From the NCBI GenBank assembly GCA_010909165.1, contig MU008166.1, positions 1,550,001 to 1,614,000 on the forward strand: a stretch of 64,000 nucleotides of DNA. Direction: 5' to 3'. The notes below the pieces were generated by a model. That model made no database searches. It was not told where the DNA came from and saw only the letters and a program-made list of their open reading frames with translations. The stretch is from Anthoceros angustus. Its lineage: Eukaryota > Plantae > Anthocerotophyta. The translations under genes were made by a program, and so were the position numbers. Numbering within the stretch: position 1 is the stretch's first letter; every line of letters begins with the position of its first letter. Shown piece after piece: positions 48,551-61,010 of this stretch.

Positions 48551-49787
48551 GTCCAGCCAGCAAAGGTATCGAAAGCTGCGCGCCACGTTGAAGACGGAAC
48601 TTCCCACAAGCAGCGCCAGCACCACGTTCTGTGACGTTGTAGGCATTGCCCGGCATGGCCGCGGTCGCGCCACTTCCGGCTCACAGGTGCTTTGTGCGTG
48701 GGATGTCTGTCAGTAGCACAGAAGAGCCAAAGCCGAAAGTGGCCTCCTCGTTTCTCCACGCTGCGCACTGTCTGACACAAATCCGTAGCAAATGTTGTCA
48801 TCTGTCAGTCAGTTTGACGGATTCCGCCTTGCCTGGAGCTGCTAATCGAAGGACTGTACATCCTCTACATGTGTGTACCCTCCGCTATTACCCCATATTG
48901 CCTGGACATCCTTCGCCCACACCTGGTTGATCTTGGCAACCGTGGTCTCCGGTGACGTACACCACGGTTAGGCTTTCCGGTGGCTGCGGTTGGAATCTGG
49001 AACATGTTCTCGTTGCCCGAAAATGGCTCCGGGCATCGAATTAAAGTATTTTAATTCCGGAGGCCCTGGAAGAGTGGCTCCTAAAACTCGTCACGTTATT
49101 AAATGCGCTCGTCTGCGCAGGGTGGGACCGTTAAAGGTTGCTCCGATCTTTGGAGAAGGTGCATACATCTGCATTGATGTATCTACAGGGTCAACATCTA
49201 TTTACAGGACGGTCGGTATGTATGGCATGTTGACACAAATTTTACAACGGGATTTGTTGACACAAATTTTACAACGGGATTTGTTGACATGGCATGTTGA
49301 CACAAATTTTACAAGGGTTCCTAACTAATATGATGTGGCATGGATTTTACAAGGGTTCCTAACTAATATGATGTGGCATGGATTTTACAACGGGATTTGT
49401 TGACATGGCATGTTGACACAAATTTTACAAGGGTGATGGCCTAGCTACACGGCGTAGGACCATAGGCGGAACTCAAGGTACCGACCTACCCTTCCGACGA
49501 ATCTCCTCCAACGAGCCATGTCTATTGCATCCCTCCATAGGCCGGATGCAATAGACATGGATTATAAAAGAATAAATAGTAGGGTGTTAGATAATTAGGA
49601 TATACATATTAGATTAGGCACGGTCAGGATAATGAGCAAACGCAAATGCGCATAGCATGGACGCGGATGTGTCCACATGACATGGCCGTTGAGTGGCTAG
49701 AATGGATGTCTTATTGGAGATAACCCGCGTCTTAACATTGGCTTTCGGTTGGTATTAGAGCCACTCAAACCGCACGGGTTTGAATGG

Positions 49788-50471
49788 CAACAAGGCTAAA
49801 GGCACCCTCTTCAAAATAGCCTATATCCTGCGTTGAGTAAAGCCCCAAGCTACAAGTCTAGCCTTGTAGTGGGCAAGAGTACCATGCACGGTACTTTTCT
49901 TCCACACCCATTTGCGGTGATAAGATTCTTACTTGGAGGAAAATCTATGAGAATGGATGTCTTATTGGAGATGAGAGAAGCATACTCGATAGTGGCTATT
50001 TTCCATCGAGGCTATCATTCCTTTGGGGTTCGATCCCAAGGGAATGATCCGCTGTTGCTTACTATTCGCCTACTCCGGATTCCTAATTATCCCAACTACC
50101 CCGTGTCTAAAACTCTTCCGGTTCTCCTTGATTACGAAGGTGACGACGGGCTCACCTCGATCACGGACCACGGTCCGACCACGTACAAACATCAAGACCG
50201 AATCTCCTCCAACGGAGGGAAAGCGAGGTACCGCACCATGGGACCTTCGACCGCAATACAAGGGTGATGGCCTAGCTACACGTAGGACCATAGGCGGAAC
50301 TCAAGGTACCGACCTACCCTTCCGACACTGGGTTCGTACCACTCTTCGGATCGTTAGCGCCTAAGGTTCTGACCTCGAGTCCAACCGTATCGTCAACCGC
50401 TTACTTCCCTCTGCTCACCTTCCTTCATGTTCCATAAACCGCACTCAGACATGCGCGATATGGCTAAAAAC
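49788..50471 (-). mobile_element. Ty1/copia RT N-terminus/linker fragment (duplicate of 52083-52811)
   Basis: KWVWKKK...HYKARLVAWGFTQ. It ends at a second copy of the CACTA terminus at 50472. Confidence 0.75.
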
Positions 50472-50604
50472 CACTACAAGGAGGGGCTACCTTTTACAAA
50501 TGGGTCTAAGTTTAGTTAGAGGAAACTACAACACTCTTACTACTCAAAGCCACCTGTTGTAAGTTTTTGAACATTTACAACAAGGGTTCCTAACTAATAT
50601 GATG

Positions 50605-52811
50605 TGGCATGGATTCATAATTCGCATCACCTCAGGCGAAAGGGAAAACATTGGATTGATAATAAACAATGTACGGAGGAAGAATGTGACCAGCACATGA
50701 GAGCTTGTCCATGAAACGGCGTGCGTGACTAGGGCAGTTAGCAAGCTAGATTGTAATTCTAACACGCCCCCAGCTAGACTAGAGATGAACTATGAACCAT
50801 CAGGTAATGTCATCCCCAATCCGCTACAGCAAATTTCGTGCTCGGGCTTCGACAAGGCTTTGGTAAGAACATCAGCCCACTGATCACTCGTAGGAGTGTA
50901 GGCAAGAGCCAATTCTCCATTTTCCACCTTCTCACGAAGAAAGTGAAACCGCTCGATGTGCTTGGAGCGATCATGGAATGGAGTTCGAGAAAGAGCGGAG
51001 AGGTTGTGCATAAGAGCAAGGACCAGCATGAGGAAATCTATTTCATGAATTAAGCGAGAGAGCCAGACGGCTTCTTTGGATGCGGCAGCAACAACAATGT
51101 ATTCATATTCGGTCGAACTGAGAGCAACTGTGGGCTTGCTTGCGAGATTGCCAACAAACAGCTCCGCCAACTTAAGTGAAAGTATAGCCTATATACGACT
51201 TTCGAGAATCGAGATCACCAGCCCAGTCTGCATCAATCTAGCCACAAAGATTAGAAGTAGAATGTTTGTCATGATAATAGATGCCTCGTTGTCGAGTAGA
51301 CTAAAGATATAATAGAATCTGTTTGACTGAGGACCAATGAGGAGGACCAGGATTAGACATAAACTGTGAAGTGTGTGAGGCCGAGAAAGCAATATCGAGG
51401 TGAGAATTTTGCACAAGGTGCTGAATAGAGCCTGTAACTTGACAGCACGGTTGAGCTTTCATTTCAGCCCTAACAACATCATCTTGAGGTGATATGGCCT
51501 TAGTCAACTTCACACCAGCTTGTAAAGGAGTATCAATCGGCTTGGAATTCTCCATGTGGAACTTGGTGAGGACATCATCGACATACTTGGCTTGATGGAT
51601 GGTAATAGTTTAATTTTCAGCATCATGCTTGACTTGAACACCAAGAAGTACTCTAAAATGCAATTGTTAATCATATGAAATTCTGAGCTCAATTCTGACT
51701 TGGCATGCTTGAGAACCTCAAGATTGTTAGTAAAGATGGCTAGATCATCATCATAAAGAGCTATGATCACAAGACCTTAAGGTGAGCGTGAGACATAGAT
51801 CTTGGTGTCAGCCGAAGTCTTATGATAGCCAACCTGAAGCATGTATTTATCAAACCGGTCATACCACACTCAAGGCGATTGTTTAAGCCCATGGATTGTG
51901 CGTTGCAATCTAGAAACCTTCTTTTCTTGACCAGGAGTGGTATAACCTTCAGGCTGTGACATTTATAAAGGCTTCTTCCTTAAGGAAACCATTAAGGAAG
52001 GCTGTTTGGATGTCCATCTGGTAGACATACCATCGATGGATAGCTTCCAAAGCCAGCAACACATGCAAAGAAGTAAGCTTGACAACAAGGCTAAAGGCAC
52101 CCTCTTCAAAATAGCCTATATCCTGGCGTTGAGTAAAGCCCCAAGCTACAAGTCTAGCCTTGTAGTGGGCAAGAGTACCATGTGCACGGTACTTTTTCTT
52201 CCACACCCATTTGCAGCTGATAAGATTCTTACTTGGAGGAAAATCTATGAGAATGGATGTCTTATTGGAGATGAGAGAAGCATACTCCTGATAGTGGCTA
52301 TTTTCCACTGAGCAGCTATCATTCCTTTGGGGTTCGATCCCAAGGGAATGATCCGTTCTGTTTGCTTACTATTCGCCTACTCCGGATTCCTAATTATCCC
52401 AACTACCCCCGTGTCTAAAAACTCTTCCGCCGGTTCTCCTTGATTACGAAGGTGACGACGGGCTCACCTCTGATGCGGACCACGGGTCCGACCACTGCCG
52501 TTGCCAAACATCAGCACCGAATCTCCTCCAACGGAGAGGGGAAAGCGAGGTACCGCACCATGGGACCTTCGACCGGCAATACAAGGGTGATGGCCTAGCT
52601 ACACGAGCGTAGGACCATAGGCGGAACTCAAGGTACCGACCTACCCTTCCGACGAACTGGACCGGGGTTCGTACCACTCTTCGGATCGTTAGCGCCTAAG
52701 GTTACAGCCTCGAGTCCAACCGTATCACCGTCTGAACCGCTTACTTCCCTCTGCTCACCTTCCTTCATGTTCCATAAACCGCACTACTGTACATGCGCGA
52801 TATGGCTAAAC
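50605..52811 (-). mobile_element. Decayed Ty1/copia retrotransposon: linker, RT, RNase H, PPT and partial LTR
   Basis: KARLVAWGFTQ, QMDIQTAFLNG, GLKQSP, IIALYDDDL (YVDD motif), VALSSTEYEY, RSKHIE and ADVLTKAL, with many stops and frameshifts. Confidence 0.92.
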
Positions 52812-53248
52812 CACTACAAGGAGGGGCTACCTTTTACAAATGGGTCTAAGTTTAGTTAGAGGAAACTACAACACTCTTACAAAGCAAAGCCTGTAAGTTT
52901 TTGAACATTTACAACAAGGGTTCCTAACTAATATGATGTGGCATGGATTTTACAGGGGTTTGTTGACATGGCATGTTGACAAATTTTACAACGGGATTTG
53001 TTGACATGGCATGTTGACACAAATTTTACAACGGGGTTTTTGACATGGCTTGCTCGTTGTACATGACGTTGTTAATTGTGCATAAACTCTTTTGATTTAG
53101 AAAACTATGGGGGTTATTTGTTAATAAAACTACATTTTGTTGAATTTATAATGACGTGGCATAAAGGATGATGTAAACGGTACTTGTAAAAGACGTTGTA
53201 AACCATGTTTGTTGTAGATGTGGTTGTAAATTGTGCAAGACTTGATTT

Positions 53249-56200
53249 TTGGAATAATACCATTTATTGGAATATCTATGAATAGATTTATTATTTGCTG
53301 ATGTGGCAAGTTCGTTGCAAATGATGTTGTAAATATGTTTCTCTGGATTTATGTTAGTTATGGGATTATCTTTTTTTTGTATTTATCGACGTGTCACATG
53401 CATTGTAGCTATGGTTGTAAAACGCATGAAAACCATTTTATATAAATATCTATAAATAAATTTATTATTTGCTGACATGGCAAGCTCATTGCAAATATCA
53501 TTGTAAAATGGTTTCTCCAATTTATGTTATATTATTGGATTATTCATTTTATTGTATATTTCTGACGTGGCACATGCGTCGTAACTATGGTTGTAAAATG
53601 CACAAGCCAGCCAATATCCATGAATAAATATATTATTTGCTGATGTGGCATGTTTGTAAATCTAAAAATTTTGGAAGAGACCTTTTCCTTATTTATGTAA
53701 TTTATGAGGTTATATATTAGTAAGAGCATGCCTTTTCCTTATTTATGTAATTTATGAGGTTATATATTAGTAAGATTGCGATGTGGCATGCCTTTTCCTT
53801 ATTTATGTAATTTATGAGGTTATATATTAGTAAGATTGCGATGTGGCATGCTTGTAAAATGCCGTAAATATGTGGAAGAGACCTTTTCTGATTTATGTCA
53901 TTTATGAGGCTATATATTAGTGAAATTGTTGATGTCATGTTCATTGCAAATACATTGTAAAATGTTATACAAATTTATCGATTTATAAATAGTGCCGCAT
54001 TGTAAATGTCGGTGTAAGAATTTTCCTAGCCAAGTCAAAACGAGGCATGCATCTTGGCATCCAGTCCACCGAAGCGCCCACACGTTATCCAAATGTCCTC
54101 TTTGCACAAGTGTGAGTGCCACCGCCTTCCAGAAGGCACCAATGCTTGCACATGCCTTCAAAAGGCAAGCAAAAGTAACCTCATCGGCCAAGGGCCCTCT
54201 GTGCATTCGTCCATACAAAAATAGCGCCTCTTGACCAAGCCCTTTCTGTCCATACCCAAAGAATCGTGGCATTCCAAGTCACCACATCCTTTGGGCTCAA
54301 GCATTGAAAAACTTGATGCGCATCTTCTACTTCGCCACACTTTGCCTACATGTCCACTGCAAGTGCCCACAAGTGTGTTATCTAGTCCTCTCTCCACAAC
54401 TGGAGTACCGCCTCCTTCAGGCACTTGCGTTGCACAGCCTTGGAAGGCAAGCAAAGGTAACATGGTTGCCCACAATCGCCCTCCTTCTCCATTTGTCCAT
54501 GAACAAGCGCCTCTTGGCCAAGCCCATGATTTGCATACCCAACTATCGTGGCGCCCATGTCACGACATCCTTTCTCGCAACCTATCGAAAACCGTGTTTG
54601 CCTCTTCCACCACCATTATGCGTACATGTCCACCGATAGCTTGGCAATACAAGTTCGGTGGAATGTCACTGCAACATATCATGCGCACTTTTCGCTAGAT
54701 TCCAGTCCACGAAATGCACAAGCTTGAAGGGCTGCTACAAAGATGTGGGCATCCGCCACACCGAGCGACACATCGCATAGTAAAGTTATATCGCCTCATT
54801 AGGCTCCCCATGTGTAGCATGTGCGGAGATTATTGGAATAATACCATTTATTGGAATATCTATGAATAGATTTATTATTTGCTGATGTGGCAAGTTCGTT
54901 GCAAATGATGTTGTAAATATGTTTCTCTGGATTTATGTTAGTTATGGGATTATCTTTTTTTTTTTGACGTGTCACATGCATTGTAGCTATGGTTGTAAAA
55001 CGCATGAAAACCATTTTATATAAATATCTATAAATAAATTTATTATTTGCTGACATGGCAAGCTCATTGCAAATATCATTGTAAAATGGTTTCTCCAATT
55101 TATGTTATATTATTGGATTATTCATTTTATTGTATATTTTGACGTGGCACATGCGTCGTAACTATGGTTGTAAAATGCACAAGCCAGCCAATATCCATGA
55201 ATAAATATATTATTTGCTGATGTGGCATGTTTGTATAAATGCCGTTGTAAAATTTTGGAAGAGACCTTTTCCTTATTTATGTAATTTATGAGGTTATATA
55301 TTAGTAAGATTGATGTGGCATGCCTTTTCCTTATTTATGTAATTTATGAGGTTATATATTATGTGGCATGCCTTTTCCTTATTTATGTAATTTATGAGGT
55401 TATATATTAGTAAGATTCGATGTGGCATGCTTGTCGCAAATGCCGTTGTAAATATGTGGAAGAGACCTTTTCTGATTTATGTCATTTATGAGGCTATATA
55501 TTAGTGAAATTGCGATGTGGCATGTTCATTGCAAATACATTGTAAAATGTTATACAAATTTATCGATTTATAAATAGTGCCAGCATTGTAAAATGTCGGT
55601 GTAAGAATTTTCCTAGCCTCACAAAACGAGGCATGCATCTTGGCATCCAGTCCACCGAAGCGCCCACAAGTACGTTATCCAAATGTCCTCTTTGCACAAG
55701 GAGTGCTACACCTTATCATGGCACCAATGCTTGCACATGCCTTCAAAAGCCAAGCAAAAGTAACCTCATCACCACAAGGCCCTCCTGTTGCATTCGTCCA
55801 TACAAAAATAGCGCCTCTTGACCAAGCCCTTTACCCCATACCCGGAATCGTGGCATTCCAAGTCACCACATCCTTTGGGCTCAAGCATTGAAAAACTTGA
55901 TGCGCATCTTCTACTTCGCCACACTTTGCCTACATGTCCACCGCAAGTGCCCACAAGTGTGTTATCTAGTCCTCTCTCCACAATCAGGAGTGCACCGCCT
56001 TCAGAAGGCACTTGCGTTGCACAGCCTCTAAGGCAAGCAAAGGTAACATGGTTGCCCACAATCGCCCTCCTTCTCCATTTGTCCATACAAAAATAGCGCC
56101 TCTTGGCCAAGCCCATGATTTGCATACCCAACTATCGTGGCCGTCCATGTCACGACATCCTTTCTCGCTAACCTATCGAAAACCGTGTTTGCCTCTTCCA

Positions 56201-56420
56201 CCACCACGCTATGCGTACATGTCCACCGATTGGCAATAAACAAGTTCGGTGGAATGTCACTGCAACATATCATCGCACTTTTCGCTAGATTCGTGTCCAC
56301 AAATGCACAAGCTTGAAGGGTGCTACAAAGATGTGGGCATCCGCTTCACACGAGCGACACATCGCATAGTAAAGTTGTATCGCCTCATTAGGCTCCCCAT
56401 GTAGCATGTGCGGAGATTAT
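53249..56420. repeat. ~1.58-kb tandem duplication (53249-54832 and 54833-56420)
   Basis: Both copies start ttggaataataccatttattgg and differ mostly by 1-3 nt indels. Confidence 0.9.
54040..54832 (-). pseudogene. Captured PLS-PPR fragment, copy 1
   Basis: GYGQKGLGQEALFLYGRM...DEVTFACLLKACASIG and related motifs, frameshifted. Confidence 0.8.
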
Positions 56421-56640
56421 TGAAAACCACATGAAGGGATTTGGTTTGCCCACCCTCCGTAGCCTACCTCCGGATACATACATCCGCAAGATATGGTTCC
56501 CCAAGTATGTGATTGACTCGTACCCAAGTTTGATGAGATCATGAACGCGTCATCCCACAACCATGTCCTTCTTATCTCGCACAAAGTTTTAGCACGACAT
56601 ATAAGATGGATGAGGAATAGAATAGTCTATCTCGCGATTT
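55625..56640 (-). pseudogene. Captured PLS-PPR 5' fragment, copy 2
   Basis: KKDMVVG*RVHDLIKLGYE...LGNHILRMY...GKPNPFMWFSIISAH...AIQLYYAM...VFDRLARKDVVTWTATIVGYANHGLGQEALFLYGQM. Confidence 0.85.
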
Positions 56641-57027
56641 TCTGAGCTCCAACGGCCTCGAGCTTTCCCTACTCACATAACGTCGATGGTTACAGTGTCA
56701 CGACTCCCATATCCAATCCGCACACCTCCTGTGCTCGCTTTGGGAGCTCGACTTGGAAGGAGAAGCACAATGACCCACTGCATATTCAAAGAAACAAGCT
56801 TCTCATCCAACAAGTGGCTTGAACATGTTGTTTAACCCGAGGACCTCACGGACTCCTTGCACGAATGTCGGTGAGCGAGCTCCTCTTACCTCGCCTAGTT
56901 TCCCACGCACAAGAGGGGAGTCCTAGGAAGTGGTGATGGGAGGACGGTTACTTGGTGTGGTCACGAGAAGCGGTGGCCGCTCAAGTCCGCTACACGAGTC
57001 CGTAGTCCTATCTATTCAAATAGGTAG

Positions 57028-57285
57028 GACTCAAGTCCTTGGTCTTTGGGGGAAGAAAGCAGACTCAAGTCCTTGGTCTTGGGTTTGAATGATGTTCCTT
57101 GGTCCTTGGGAAAAGTAGCAAGTAGATAGAAGCCTATTTCGAGTCCTTGGTCTTGGTTTGAATGATGTTCCTTGGTCCTTGGGAAAATGGTATGTAGATA
57201 GAAACCTAGTCCTTGGTCTTGGGTTTCGGAAGGATGTTCCTTGGTCCTTGGGAAAAGTAGCATGTAGATAGAAACCTATTTCGAG
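57028..57285. repeat. Tandem array built on ccttggt sub-repeats (second copy ~61397-61660)
   Basis: gtccttggtcttg...tgttccttggtccttgggaaaa...gtagataga repeats about 3 times. Confidence 0.8.
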
Positions 57286-57839
57286 GAAGGCAACTTCCTT
57301 GAACCATGGGAATTCCGTTTTCTAGATATTGCATGTAGGGCTATATATGCATGTTAGGTAGATGCAGGGGTAAAATTGGCCGACTCATCAAGGGCCCGGT
57401 CAGACATGTATACAATCTCGCTACTCCATGGCCGGAGTAGTGAGTTCAACCTAGGCGTATACCGGTTGAAAATTTTATAGCAACTGCGAATCTAGGTAGG
57501 AATCCTAGTGTACTTCCTTTGGATTGCGCCTTCGCAATTCCAATGGAGATACACTAGGACAAGCTGATTAGCGAGCTACATATAAAGATTTGTAATACAA
57601 TGATATGCGAGTTCTTGCATATTAGCAGACAAAGTCGGGCCTAATGAAATGGCCAATCCAGGCGCCCGGCTGGCGCCTGCCGAGCTAATTTCTAATAGAC
57701 GCAATAGGTATAGAGTTTCGATAGGCCTTCACTTGCGATAATCTACATAGTATGCCGAATGCTGAAAAACCAATCTGAGGGATTTCACGAAGCATGGTTA
57801 GTCGTAACATCCGAAATGTAGAGGCATGTTGAAATGTTG

Positions 57840-58221
57840 AAATGTCACCGCAGATCTGGAAGAGGTTGAAGGACACATGTGAAATGTCATTAGTGTAATG
57901 GCGCATTGAGGTGATTCCACCGAAAAACACATAGGAGTATTTAGATCCTTAGTGCTAAGGTTGAAGGATCCTCGTGACCTTCCGAGTGAAGAGGAGCTCA
58001 CACTTTGACTCCTCATCTCACTTCCAATCTTGATCTCACTTCCGAGCTCAAACACGATCCCAAACGCAAGCGGAAGGTTAGTGAAGCAAGCGGAGTATGT
58101 GCCTACACAAGAAAACCCTGCAGATATATTAACGAAAGCTCTTTCAAAAGAGCCGCACGAGAAGCATGTTCGAGGTCCGGGGTTAGGAGAGTCCGGAACT
58201 TTCCTATCTAACCCCAACTAG
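57840..58221 (+). mobile_element. Ty1/copia RNase H C-terminal remnant nested in the CACTA element (second copy ~62215-62597)
   Basis: EYVPTQENPADILTKALSKEPHEKHVRG.GL. Confidence 0.75.
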
Positions 58222-60253
58222 CCTACATGCCCTGCTACCTAATCCCATTTCAGTCGCTGGGTCTGGAGGACTCTTCCTTTGGATTCTCGAGTCGGAGGGA
58301 CTGGAGGCCTTCGTAGCATCGAGTCCTCACCGCACATGTAATCTTGGGAGGAACAAGATCCTCCTCAATCCTCAAGATGATCCTGCAGTCAAGACACAAA
58401 GCAATTAGATAGCTTTAGAGCGAGTGGGAGTAGGAGCAGATGAAGCAAAACCCGTGTCACTTCATGGCGACTTACAACATGACCAGGAACAAGCTTCGCT
58501 CGATCCGTTTCATGACCCAGACCGATGCTTGCATCGATACAGATAGGAGAGCCTTGCACGGTGCCTAGGCTCACAATCTTCACATCCTTATCGGGGTTAC
58601 CTCGAGGGAAATTCGAGGCCGTGAGGGCCTCACCTCCCTCCGTCAGACATAGCCTCAGCCCACAGGTCAGAGGCCCCGAGCTCCCTCTTGCGCAGTGGCG
58701 AGGGGCACGCGTGGGAGAAATTGTGGAAGCTAAGCGCGCAATGGAGGACCTCCCATGTCCTCCGCGATTATGGCCTCGCCTAGTCCTCGCCGGCCACAGC
58801 AGCGTTGTGCGCTCCGTTTCTTGGTCGGCTCGAGCTTCCCGCAGCGGGTCGGCGGGTCCCTTGCAGCAGAGGAGGCGTTGTCCTAGCCGCCTTGCTTGCC
58901 GCAGCGCCTAGGGAGTCTCTTGGTGGCGGGGTTCGCATCCTTAGAGGAGGACGACATCTCGACGTTACGCTCCACAACCCCTTCTCCAATTGCAGGCGTG
59001 AAGATGAAGAAGAGGAATATAACGCACTGGTGAGGACTGGTTTCTCACCGCACGCTCGAATATATACCGGCGAGGAGGGCGTACGCAATGCAGCTTTCAC
59101 CCGACTCCATCCTACAAGGACGGAGATGATCCGGTTGTTGGAGCATCACTTTCCAAAATGATCAACAAGTGGGAGTGAAGAGGTATACCCAAACACACCT
59201 CTGTCCGATCCACCTCCTCCCGCTTCTCTCCGACGGTCACCTCCTCCCGCAAGACAAAGCATTCAATTGGGCTTTACGCGGACCGTGTTTTACAACACGG
59301 TCCGCTGTAAAGCCCAATTGTACGTAAAATGTTTGAGACGGCCGATCGGGCCTCTCTCATGTTTTACAACATACGCATAACCTAATCTAATTTACAACAC
59401 GATCCATTGCAAACCTCACTGTACATTGTAAAAGCGTTTAAGAGAGGCCAAGATAGGCCTCCCACAATTTTACAACATAGTCTAATTTACAACACTTTGC
59501 AAAGCGCACTTGTATGTTGTAAAATGTATGACAAGGCCGGATCAGCCTCGCACGCTTTACACCAAATTCACAACGTAGTCTCATATACAAGGTCCATTGC
59601 AAAGCGATCTTGCACGTTGTATACGCCTCGATCGGGCTTCGTGCCATTGACAAATTCACATTGTAAGCGTAGTGCCATTGACAAATTCACGGAGCCACCG
59701 GCGTCGAGAGACACAAGCCACGGTTCCCCAAGTCGTACCACTTGCTTTCGTGCTCTCACATAAATCATAGCAAGAGTTAGGAACGGCACGAGGCGGAGCG
59801 GCCGCAACCAAGACTCCACAACACCCTCGGGCAAGAGAGATGCACCACCTTCAAGCAAGAGACATGCACCACCTTGTGCAAGAGACATGCAGTCCTCTTC
59901 ATGTGTCATTTAGTCAAACAACTTCCACCAAAAATTGGACACAATCGAGCGTGATTTCTTGATGCGAGAAGCCATATGAACTAGCATCCATGAATACACT
60001 AAGGAGTACCGGAGCCATTAAACTTGGGTATTCTACCGATCTCGCTTCCATCGGCCCTCTTCTCCTCGCTCTTTTGGTTCGCTATCCGGGACGCCCTGTT
60101 GATGTTCTAGCTTTCCTGCGGTATTGCATCCATGTGAAATGTGAAAGAGATGTAGTGTGGCAATTATGCAGATTTGGATGTTGAAGCCATGAGAAAATGC
60201 GAGTGGACAACAAAGTTGCAATCGACATCGCACGCTTTGCAAGACGAGAATGC

Positions 60254-61010
60254 TCAAGCATTGAAAAACTTGATGCATCTTCTACTTCGCCACACTTTGC
60301 CTACATGTCCACCGCAAGTGCCCACAAGTGTGTTATCTAGTCCTCTCTCCACAATCAGGAGTGCACCGCCTTAAGGCACTTGCGTTTGCACAGCCTTGGA
60401 AGGCAAGCAAAGGTAACATGGTTGCCCACAATCGCCCTCCTTCTCCATTTGTCCATACACAAGCGCCTCTTGGCCAAGCCCATGATTTGCATACCCAACT
60501 ATCGGGCCGTCCATGTCACGACATCCTTTCGCCTAACCTATCGAAACCGTGTTTGCCTCTTCCGATTCACCACGGTTTGCGTACATGTCCACCGATTGGC
60601 AATAAACAAGTTCGGTGGAATGTCACATGCAACATATCATGCCGCACTTTTCGCTAGATTCGTGTCCACAAATGCACAAGCTTGAAGGGTGCTACAAAGA
60701 TGTGGGCATCCGCCTTCACACCAGGCGACACATCGCATAGTAAAGTTGTATCGCCTCATTAGGCTCCCCATGTGTAGCATGTGCGGAGATTATTGAAAAC
60801 CACATGAAGGGATTTGGTTTGCCCACCCTCCGTAGCCTACCTCCGGATACATACATGCAAGATATGGTTCCCCAAGTATGTGATTGACTCGTACCCAAGT
60901 TTGATGAGATCATGAACGCGTCATCCCACAACCATGTCCTTCTTATCGCACAAAGTTTTAGCGACATATAAGATGGGTGAGGAATAGAATAGTCTATCTC
61001 GCGATTTTCT
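60254..61010 (-). pseudogene. Captured PLS-PPR 5' fragment, copy 3
   Basis: VGKPNPFMWFSIISAHATHGEPNEAIQLYYAM. It shares in-frame stops with copy 2. Confidence 0.8.

Noticed and set aside
59660-59680. GTAGTG as the right CACTA terminus
   Set aside because: It does not complement CACTACAAG beyond 6 nt and is not followed by the expected aac TSD.
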